Positions 1 through 9,849 of a stretch of DNA of 64,000 bases are shown here, in pieces. The DNA comes from Euglena gracilis (taxonomy: Eukaryota). The stretch spans positions 45,239,847 to 45,303,846 of the forward strand of contig CP154954.1 in assembly GCA_039621445.1 (NCBI GenBank), given 5' to 3'. How positions within the stretch are numbered: position 1 is the first letter of the stretch; every line of letters begins with the position of its first letter. Below the pieces are notes generated by a model, which searched no databases, was not told the origin of the DNA, and saw only the letters and a program-made list of their open reading frames with translations. The position numbers and the translations under genes were made by a program.

Positions 1-675
1 ATGGCCATCATTGGTCATAATGGCCATCCGGGGTCATGATGGCCATCATTGGTCATGATGGCCATTCGGGGTCATGATGGCCATCATTGGTCATGATGGC
101 CATCCGGGGTCATGATGGCCATCCGGGGTCATGATGGCCATCCGGGGTCATGATGGCCATCCGGGGTCATGATGGCCATCATTGGTCATGATGGCCATCC
201 GGGGATGGCCGTCATTGGTCATAATGGCCATTCGGGGTCATGATGGCCATCCGGGGTCATGATGGCCATCCGGGGTCATGATGGCCATCATTGGTCATGA
301 TGGCCATTCGGGGTCATGATGGCCATCATTGGTCATGATGGCCATCCGGGGTCATGATGGCCATCCGGGGTCATGATGGCCATCATTGGTCATGATGGCC
401 ATCCGGGGTCATGATGGCCATCCGGGGTCATGATGGCCATCCGGGGTCATGATGGCCATCCGGGGTCATGATGGCCATCCGGGGTCATGATGGCCATCCG
501 GGGTCATGATGGCCATCCGGGGTCATGATGGCCATCCGGGGTCATGATGGCCATCATTGGTCATGATGGCCATCCGGGGTCATGATGGCCATCCGGGGTC
601 ATGATAGCCATCATCTTGGTCATGATGGCCATCATTGGGCATGACGGCCGCCATCCGGGGTCATGATGGCCATCC
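1..675. repeat. 19-bp minisatellite with two interspersed unit variants
   Basis: Tandem ATGGCCATCCGGGGTCATG / ATGGCCATCATTGGTCATG units, containing the palindromes GATGGCCATC and TCATGA; runs off the left edge of the window. Confidence 0.95.
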
Positions 676-3600
676 GGCGTCACAATGGCCAATTTTCAAC
701 TCGAAAACACTTTTTCCGGGTCCAGGAGGCCAAAAAATATGGTTTCGGGCAAAAAAAAATTTTTCGATTTTTTTGGACGTTTTGGCCCGAAAACGGCTAA
801 GTCGGACAGAGGGAAAAGTGTACAAAACGGCCATTTGGACCTGAAAACGGCCGTATCTAGGGCTAGACGGGGAGTTGCGGGGAAATCAAAATACCAGTAG
901 ATAGGGCGTTCCAAGGGCTCCAAATTAGGTCTCCGGACATTTTTTTCAACTCCCCACCATTTTGGAGATATTTTGCAAAAACTGGTTTTTGGGCCCATTT
1001 TGGGCTCCAAATGGCAGAGTCCCCCCCTGGCGAAACCCCAAAACGACCATATCTCGGCCCAGGCGGGGAGTTGGCCCAAACCGCGCATACCGGTGGATAG
1101 GGCGTCCCAAAGTTGTGGAATGAGGTACTCTTTAGTTTTTCTCAACTCCCCGGCGTTTTCGAGATATTTTGAATTTTTCGATTTTTTGACCCCAAAAATG
1201 ACCCCCTGTTGCCGCTTTGGAAAAAAAAAAAAAAAAAACGGTAGACAACTTTTTTGCTCGGGCCAGATCTCCGGCCTGGCGCGGAGTTGCGGGCAAAGTG
1301 CGGGCTCTGGACAAACTAGGGACCGTCTCTTAACCTTGAGGTTATCAATTTTCCGGGTCCGGAAATCAGTCCACATCAATATTCCGCGGGTGCCCGGGCA
1401 TACTCGGGGGGGGGCGGGGGGCGGGGGGGGGGCGGGGGGGTCAGGGGGGGTTTCGGGGGGGGTGGTAAGCTTCGCTCTTACTCTAAAGAGATAAGAGCTC
1501 AGCGACCAGGGTGTGACGTAGAGCTGAGCTCTTTGGGAGACCACCCCGGCCCGGCCCGCGAAAAACGCTCATTTTTGGCTCAAAAACAGTTTTTCTGGGT
1601 CAGGGAGGCCAAAAAACACGGTTTTGGGGCCAAAAATTTTTTTCGATTTTTTTCGACTTTTTTGACCGGTTTTGACCCAAAGTCATGGGTTGGTGGCCCA
1701 AAACGGGGCGCTGGCGGGTCGAAAAACGCTCATTTTCGGCTCAAACACAGGCTTTCCGGGTCCGGGAGGCCAAAAAACATGGTTTTGGGGCAAAAAATTT
1801 TTTTCGATTTTTTTCGACTTTTTTTGACCCGGTTTTGACCCAAAATCAATGGGTTGGCGGCCCAAAACGGGGCGCCGGCGCGGGTCCGGGAGGTCAAAAA
1901 TCATGGTTTTGGGCAAAAAAAATTTTTTCGAATTTTTTCGACTTTTTGACCCAAAAAATGGCTAAGTCCACCGGCCAGGGGGCGGGCCCCAGCCACGGGG
2001 GGGGGGGGGGCATGGGGCGGGGGGGTCCGGGTCGGAAAAAATTTTTTCGCTCAAAAACACTTTTTTTGATGTTCTGTAGTGAAAAAAAGTGTTTTTGAGC
2101 GAAAAAAAATTTTTCGAAATTTTGGGTCCCGACCTGCCACCCGACCCCCCCTAGCCCAGCCGCCCTGACGGCGCCCGGTGGGGTCCCCGAATACCCAAAA
2201 CTGGCCCAAAATCGCACAACCAGGCCCCGGGAATCCCAAAAAACGGTCAAACCCCCCCCCTAAACCTAATGATTGACCCCCTGGTTTGGGTCCCAACTCC
2301 TCGTCTAGCCCGAGATACGGCCAATTTACGGTTTCGGGCCCCGAAATGGCCAGAACTGGCCAAACTGGCCCAAAACCCCCAAAACGGCCATATCTCGGGC
2401 TAGGCGAGGAGTTGTCCCAAACCGCGCATACCGATCGATAGGGCGTTCCAAGGTCGTCAAATGAGGTCGCCATCACTTTTCCTCAACTCCGCAGCGTTTT
2501 CGAGATATTTTGAATTTTTCGATTTTTGGACCCCAGCCCGGCCGCCCTCGAACCCCCGCAAGGGTCCCCGAACACCCAAAACTGGCCCAAAATGGCGCAA
2601 CCAGACCCCGGGAACCCCAAAAAACGGTCAAAACCCCCCCCTAAACCTAATGATTGACCCCCTGGTTTGGGTTCCAACTCCTCGTCTAGCCCGAGATATG
2701 GGCAATTTACGGTTTCGGGCCCCGAACGGGCCCGAAACGGCCAAAACTGGCCAAACTGGCCCAAAACCACAAAACGGCCGTATCTCGGGCTAGGCGGGGA
2801 GTTGGCCCAAACCGCGCATACCGATCGATCGGGCGTCCCAAAGTTGTGGAACGACGTCCTCTTCACTTTTTCTCAACTCCGCGGCGTTTTCGAGATATTT
2901 TGAAATTTTCGATTTTTTGACCCCAAAATGACCCTGAAATTTCCCCGGAAAAAAAAACGGTAGACAACTTTTTTGCTCGGGCCATATCTCCGGACTGGCG
3001 GGGAGTTACGGGTAACCGAAGGGCTCTGGAGAAACTAGGGAACCTCTCCTAACCTATAGGCTATTCATTTTGGGGGCCCGGAAATCCAATCACATCGATA
3101 ATCCTCGGGTGTCCCGACCTACCCAGGGGGGGCGGGGGGGGAGGGGGGGGGGGGGGGGGGGGGGGGTGCGACCCCCCCGTCGCCGGGGTGGTAAGCTTCG
3201 CTCTTACTCTAAAGAGATAAGAGCTCAGCGACCAGGGTGTGACGTAGAGCTGAGCTCTTTGGGAGACCACCCCAGCCCGGCCCGGGAAAAACGCTCATTT
3301 TCGGCTCAAAAACAGTTGTTCTGGGTCCGGGAGGCCAAAAAACATTGTTTTGGGGCAAAAAATTTTTTTCGATTTTTCTCGACTTTTTTGACCCGGTTTT
3401 GACTCAAAGTGAATGGGTTGGCGGCCCAAAACGGCGCGCCGGCGGGTCGAAAAACGCTCATTTTCGGCTCAAAAACAGTTTTTCCGGGTCCGGGAGGCCA
3501 AAAAACATCGTTTCGGGCAAAAAAATTTTTTTCGATTTTTTTCGACTTTTTTGACCCGGTTTTGACCCAAAGTCGATGGGTTGGCAACCCAAAACGGGGC

Positions 3601-4631
3601 GCTGGAAGGTCGAAAAACGCTCATTTTTGGCTCGAAAACACTTTTTTCGGGTCCGGGAGGTCAAAAAACATGGTTTTGGGCGAAAAATTTTTTTTTGAAT
3701 TTTTTTGACTTTTTGACCGAAAAATGGCTAAGTCCACCGGCCAGGGGGGGGGCCATCCTGGGGGGGGGGGGTATGGGGGGGGGGGTCCGGGTCGGAAAAT
3801 TTTTTTTCGCTCAAAAACACTTTTTTTGATGTTCTGAAGTGAAAAAAAGTGTTTTTGAGCGAAAAAAAATTTTTCAAAATTTTGGGTCCCGACCTGCCAC
3901 CCGACCCCCCCTCACCCAGCCGCCCTGACGGCGCCTGATAGGGTCCCCGAATACCCAAAAATGGCCCAAAATCGCACAACCAGGCCCCGGGAACCCCAAA
4001 AAACGGTCAAACCCCCCCCCCAAACCTAATGATTGACCCCCTGGTTTGGGCTCCAACTCCCCGTCTAGCCCGAGATATGGGCAAATTACGGTTTCGGGCC
4101 CCGAACGGGCCCGAAATGGCCAAAACTGGCCCAACTGGCCCAAAACCCCAAAACGGCCGTATCTCGGGCTAGGCGGGGAGTTGGCCCAAACCGCGCATAC
4201 CGATCGATCGGGCATCCCAAAGTTGAGGAACGACGTCCTCTTTACTTTTTTGCAACTCCGCGGCGTTTTAGAGATATTTTGAATTTTTCGATTTTTTGAC
4301 CCCAAAATGACCCTGCAATTTCCCCGGAAAAAAAAACGGTAGACAACTTTTTTGCTCGGGCCATATCTCCGGACTGGCGGGGAGTTACGGGCAACCGAAG
4401 TGCTCTGGAGAAACTAGGGAACCTCTCCTAACCTATAGGCTATTCACTTTGGGGGCCACGAAATCCAATCACATCGATAATCCTCGGGTGCCCCGACCTA
4501 CCCAGGGGGGCGGGGAGGGGGGGGGGGGGCGGGGGGGGCGGGGGGGGCGGTGGGGCGCACGGGGGTCCGACCCCCCCTCCGGCCCCGGTGGTAAGCTTCG
4601 CTCTTACTCTAAAGAGATAAGAGCTCAGCGA
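676..4631 (-). mobile_element. Head-to-tail array of a non-autonomous Helitron2/Helentron-like element (partial unit ~676-1505; units 1506-3231 and 3232-4631)
   Basis: Identical junctions at 1505/1506 and 3231/3232 read ...CACACCCTGG|TCGCTGAGCTCTT on the minus strand (5' TC, 3' CTGG). There is a 5'-terminal hairpin and an asymmetric inverted repeat GCTGAGCTCTT/AAGAGCTCAGC. No credible ORF. Confidence 0.7.
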
Positions 4632-4757
4632 CCCCCCCATATAAGACCCCCCCCCTGGCCGGCCGAAGGCCGGCCCTTTGGCCGGGACCGACCCCCCATT
4701 TAAGACCCCCCTGGGATTTTGGCTCCCGAGGGGGGTCTTATATCGGGGGGGGCATGG
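4632..4757. mobile_element. TA-flanked MITE whose left tip abuts or is interrupted by the Helitron-like array
   Basis: CCCCCCATATAAGACCCC at the left and GGGGTCTTATATCGGGGGGGGCATGG-TA at the right. Confidence 0.55.
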
Positions 4758-4934
4758 TAACGGCAGTTAGGTCAGTGTGTTTGTGGAAATAGGATAGTTT
4801 TATTTGCACACGTGCCCTCCGGTCACGATGGAGCCATTTGTCGGTTTCGATAATCTCTCAACGAGATCACTTATTTGTTTCGATATTCTCTGTTCTCTTC
4901 CGAATTGTTTGTTTCACGTATCATCATCAATGAG

Positions 4935-5618
4935 CAGGGTTGACGTTTTTTTTGTTTTTTTTAAAAAAACAAAAAAACATGTTTTTTTAAAAAAAAACGC
5001 AAAAAAACATGTTTTTTTTGAAAAAGAAAAAATTGACCGTTTTCCTTGCGAAATGACCATTTTTTTGAAGAAATTTTTTCGCGGGTGGTTCGGGTCACGA
5101 GGGGGGGGGGTCACGGGGGGTCACAGGGGGGGGGGGTCACGAGGGGGGGTCACATTTTCGGTGGCCAGATTGGAAATCACCGAAAACGAAATTTTGGGGA
5201 AAAATCCTTTTAAGCTCCAAAATAGGAATCCCCCAAACAAAAATTAGGAAATCTACCGGAATATTTTTTTTCAAATTAGGCATCACCGGCAAAGTTTTTC
5301 AGAAAAAAATGGCCGAAACGGGTCTTAGGTCGGGTTGGGGGAGGGGGGCCATGGGGGGAACACCCCCTGTGAAGTTTCTTTTTTCAAATGTGTGAAAGTA
5401 TTTCCAAATCTGTGTTTTCTGGTGCGAAAAGTCATGCTTTCAACCCAAAAAAATGAATGTTGTAGAGATAAAAAATGCACTTTTTCCCAAAAAAAAACAT
5501 TGCAAAAATTTTCCCCCAAACCCTCCATGACGTTTTTTTTGTTTTTTTAAAAAAACATATTTTTTTTAAAAAAAAACATTATTTTTTTTGTTTCAAAAAA
5601 AACAAGCCGTCAACCTTG
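4935..5618. mobile_element. hAT-type MITE
   Basis: TIR CAGGGTTGACG / CGTCAACCTTG with a perfect 8-bp TSD TCAATGAG (4927-4934 and 5619-5626). Confidence 0.85.
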
Positions 5619-6770
5619 TCAATGAGGACGATTTCTTTTGATTTTTTTTGAAATAAAAAAAATTGCCCACCCCGCAAATCCAAATCGAAATTTTTTAAGA
5701 AAATTTTCTATGATGAAAAGGTGTTTTTTATGACAAAAACCGATACACATTTTTTTAAAAAAAATTACCCCCGCCCGAAAAAAATACAAGTCGATTTTTT
5801 TGAAAATTTTTTATCAAAATGTTGTTTTTTTTTGTTCCAAAATCGAGGCGTTTTTTTTTGAAACAAATTTTGCCCCCCCTCCCCCCCCCCCAAGCCCGAA
5901 AAAAGTACAAGTCGATTTTTTTGAATTTTTTTTATCAAAATGTTTTTTTTGTTCCAAAGTCGAGGCGTTTTTTTTTTTGAAACAAAAAAATTTTTGCTCC
6001 CCGAAAAATTCAATTTTTTTACAAAAATTGTGATTTTTTGACAACAATTCTGAACATTTCTTTTTCGGAGAAAATGGGCGCCGATAGCCTTGCGTTGAGG
6101 GGAGGGTTGTGGGGGGGTCAAGCGCTCAGCTGAAAAAGGTGGGGGGGGGCACCTCATCCCAGGTTTGCCCGGTTAGCCATGCTTCGGGTATGTTGCCACC
6201 TCTCCGCCGAAAATCGGTCAGGCTGGGCACCGCTGGGGTCCCGGTGGAGAGGGGAAAGCCTTGAGGGGGGGGGGTCGGACCCCCTCGACCCAGAGGGGGG
6301 GGGGGTTGAAACCCCCCTCCTACCTCGAAACTGAGGGGTGGCCGAAATTTTTTCGATTTCATGGACGGGCAAAGGTCCGGAAATCGGGTCGAAATTGGTC
6401 AAAAATCCCTGATTTTTCTTTGAAAATCGATCCAAAAATGCTCATTTTTTGAATTTTTTTGAACATTTTTGGGGGAAAACACCAACACATCAAAAAATGG
6501 GCTATATGTCCAAAAGTCAGCAAAAGGGGTGGTTTTTTTGCTCAATTTCCGGCGCTATGCGCCGGGAAAATTTTTTTCTGCTATTTTTGGCACCTGACAA
6601 GGGGGGGCGGTGTTTATAAACGACTCGGAAACCACCCCCTGCCTCGTGGGCAGGAATTAAAAAAAATATTCCCTGGCAGCAGCCACGGAGGGGTCCCTGC
6701 CTCGTGGGCAGGAATTAAAAAAAATGTTCCCTGGCGGCAGCCACGGAGGGGGGGGTCCTGGGTTGTGCTA

Positions 6771-7116
6771 CCCTCACCCCCCCCCCTATTTGGCTAATGG
6801 CCGGGCTCCTTCAGACCCCCCATTAGCCAATTAGGGGGGGGGACAATTAATTTTTGACCTGTGCAAAATTGGTCAATTTTTTATGCATTTTTGGACTGGT
6901 CATGACTTTTTCTTATCCGGCAATTTTTAACATTTTCGAAACGGACGTTTTTGGAGGTTTTCTAAGCCCTTGCCGAAATTGGCCAAAGTTGGCCAAGGGA
7001 ACGTCCATTGGCCAATTGGGCTAACCCCCCCCCCCTAATTGGCTAATGGACCTCCCTTAAGGACCCCCCAATTAGCCAATTAGGGGGGGGGGCCAATTAG
7101 GGGGGGGGGGTGAGGG
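6771..7116. mobile_element. TA-flanked MITE (CCCTCACCCCC...GGGGGTGAGGG)
   Basis: Terminal inverted repeats with TA on both sides and internal CCAATTAG/CTAATTGG subrepeats; related copies at 19322-19415 and ~9880-9940. Confidence 0.75.
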
Positions 7117-7126
7117 TAGTCACCCC

Positions 7127-8400
7127 TCAAAGGTGTACCTCCTGGACAAGGCCGAGGTCCACGCGGACCTCTGGGAGCGGCACCCTGGCGACCGTCCCCG
7201 CGACCCAGCCCCCCGGGTGTGCATCGCGAACAACCACCGCTACCCAATACCAACCGCTAAACCGCCCCCCCTATAACCGCCCAGACTTCCTTCCCCCCAT
7301 ACCCCGGTCGGGTACTACGGGTTTTGCCGGGTTGTGAGCCGGTGAGGCGAACAGCGGGGCACGCAAACAAAGCGAAGGCATTCGTTGGAATGGGTTCGGT
7401 GACGGGTGGGGGGGCGGCCGATGGCTCTTCCCCGACGAGGGCGCAGTCAGTTGGTACGCACAGAGTCAGTCGGTTGGGTCGGGGGGTCGCGGGGAGGAAA
7501 TGGGTTTTGCGGCAGGTCATGCGTGACTTGTGTGATGTTGTCCTATCCTCTAATTTTAGATCCCAATTAGGAATTTGCGTGTCATTTGGGTCCGAAAATA
7601 GGTCCAATTAGGAATTTGCAACCATTTTTTTGTGGTTTTGATTCCTAATTGAGTGGCAAATTCCTAATTAATACAAATTTTTTGTACTTTTTGGGAACCC
7701 GAATTGGGCTCAGAGTGGGGTCGCGGGGGGGTCGCGGGGGGGGGACGCGGGGGGGTCGCGGGGGAAACACCCCCATAGGGATCGGGGGACGGAGCAGCGG
7801 TCCAGTTAGGGTCTTTGATGAACACGAACTGGGCATTGTCGTTGTCCATGTAGCCCTTGAGCTTCAGCGGCCCGTTGCACTCTGCGCAGAAGACCCCCCG
7901 CGACCCCTCCCCGCGACCCCCCCGCGACCCCAACACCCCCTATGCACCCCCCTCCGCCATGCTTCGCATGGTGTGTAAGACCTGTCACTATGCCATTCTG
8001 TTTCCGGAGAAGGACAAGGCAAGGGGAAGGGCAAGGGCTCTGCTGCACCATGAGTCTGACCGCCTTCATCACACTCCCTGCACCAGTTTTCAATGACTTC
8101 TCCTCTTCCTCGTGCTGCGCAGTCCTCCGCAGGGGGATGCGGAGGCAGCGGGCGGGGACGGCAGGGCGGAGGTGTCGGAGAGCGGGGGCGCGGACGGCGC
8201 GGCGGGGGGGGACTGGCGCCGCCGTCGGTGTCGGTGAGGTCCTTCAGCCAGTCGCGGTAGAGGGTGAGGGGGATGCGGTGCCAGGGGAAGGCGTTGAGGG
8301 AGTCAATGCGGAGGACGTCGTGGAGCATGCACAGGATGTTGGTCGGCAGGTGGGCGTTGTTCCAGGGGTCGGCGTAGTAGTTGGGGATGAGTCGGGGTGG
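7127..8400 (-). CDS. Spliced gene (3' part), protein of unknown function
   Basis: Exons ~8400-8218, 8115-8049, 7881-7796 and 7186-7127 join in frame: ..NYYADPWNNAHLPTNILCMLHDVLRIDSLNAFPWHRIPLTLYRDWLKDLTDTDGG|ARGRGEVIENWCRECDEGGQTHE|CNGPLKLKGYMDNDNAQFVFIKDPNWTA|RVPLPEVRVDLGLVQEVHL*. Codons are GC3-rich and each intron has paired ends. 5' end not found. Confidence 0.7.
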
Positions 8401-8908
8401 CGTCTTGTTTTTTCTTTATTCAGTTAAAAAACAACAACTAAAAACAATTAAAAACAATTTAAAACAATTAAAATTAATGAAAAACAATTAAAAACAATTA
8501 AAAAACATCAAATTACATCAAAAATGTAGTTTTTTTTCTAATTATTTTCAAATTACATTCAAATTACATACAAATTAAACTAAACAACTTCAATTACACC
8601 GAAATCACACAGACAATTCCCAAATCTCACCGCTCCTCTTCCCTCTGTCAAACTCTCCAAAGAGACAAAGGGGGCAGGCTTAAAGGAAAAGACTACCCCG
8701 GGACGTTCTCATACCTTACCTTTAAATATGATGTGTTGAGATGCTAATTTGCCAAATTTGAGGCATTTGGAGCGTTTTGTGGCCCTTATTGGTGGCAGTT
8801 TATGACATTTTATGGACATAGAGGTGACATAGAGGTAGAGGTAGAGGTAGAGGTGGGCCAAATAGAGGTGGAGGACTTTGACCTCTACCTCCACCTCTAT
8901 CCATCCCT

Positions 8909-9390
8909 GGTTAGGGTTAAGGTCGGTGACATAGTTACGGTCAGGGTTAGGGTTAGGGTTAGGGTTACGTTTACCACCCCCCCCCCCGAGCTGTTCCCCC
9001 CCCCCGAGCTATTCCCATTGGGGGTACGGGAATAGCTCACTGTCATAGCTTTTTATAAAGAACTTCCTAACAAAGTGGTCAAAAATCGACGTTTTTGGAC
9101 CATTTTCAAAAATCACCTTTTGGCAAATGTGCTCAAAATTGACCATTTTTTGCGAACATCCAAAAAGTTGCCAAAAATGACCCCTTTTGGGTTGCCCGAG
9201 GGTCGGGTATGGGAATAGCTCGGGGGGGGGACCTAGGTCCCCCCCCCCCCCCGAGCTGTTCCCCCCCCCGTACTGTTCCCATTGGGCCGTAAAGGCTCCC
9301 GGGGACGGGAATAGCTCAGGGGGGGGGGCATGGTAGGGTCAGGGATACGGGTTAGGGTTAGGGTTGGGGATACGGTTAGGGTAAGGGATG
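8909..9390 (+). repeat. Degenerate interstitial telomere-like (TTAGGG)n tract interrupted by a MITE
   Basis: GGTTAGGGTTAGGGTTAGGGTTA at ~8945-8967 and degenerate copies at 9335-9387 and ~9851-9875. Confidence 0.7.
8974..9333. mobile_element. TA-flanked MITE (GAGCTGTTCCC/GGGAATAGCTC core)
   Basis: TA|CCACCCCCC..GAGCTGTTCCC at the left and GGGAATAGCTCAGGGG..CATGG|TA at the right. Confidence 0.7.
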
Positions 9391-9396
9391 GCATTA

Positions 9397-9849
9397 CAGG
9401 CAGTGGCTGAAAACTTCCCCCCCCCCCGAAAATTCCCCCCCCCTCAAATCAGCCAGATTTTGGCGGTTCTACCTTATGCTTCCAGGGGTCCGAAAATTTC
9501 CCCCCCCTGAAAAAGCCCGGTCCCCCCCTCCAAAAAAGTCAACAAAGGCGCAAGGCAAGGGCTTTTTGGAAGGAATTCTTCTTTTTTTTCATGCCGTGGT
9601 AGCGATTTTTTGTCCTTGTGAACCATCATGAAACAAATATTGTAGTCCAATGCAAAATGGTCTTCAACAAACAGCTATATTTGAGTTTTGTGCACCAACA
9701 GGTGCTATGTCCATCTTAGGTTCAGATTCCATGGTTCTCTGTGACACGGCCAGGGCTTAAGCTCCCAGGGGTCCGAAAATCCCCCCCCCCTGAAATGGTC
9801 CGAAAAATGCGGCCCTAGGGGGGGGGGGGAAGTTTTCAGCCACCGCCAG
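9397..9849. mobile_element. TA-flanked MITE (Tc1/mariner-pogo type ends)
   Basis: ~25-bp TIR CAGGCAGTGGCTGAAAACTTCCCCC / GGGGGAAGTTTTCAGCCACCGCCAG with TA on both sides; partial second copy at ~10945-11125. Confidence 0.8.

Noticed and set aside
1-675. CRISPR-like appearance
   Set aside because: Contiguous tandem units with no unique spacers, eukaryotic context and no cas genes.
635-6800. Many ORFs of 60-280 aa in the track
   Set aside because: They are low-complexity F/K/G/P translations of repeats and homopolymer runs with no domain motifs. The same applies to most of the track.
8945-8967. True telomere
   Set aside because: Only a few perfect units, internal, and interrupted by MITEs.
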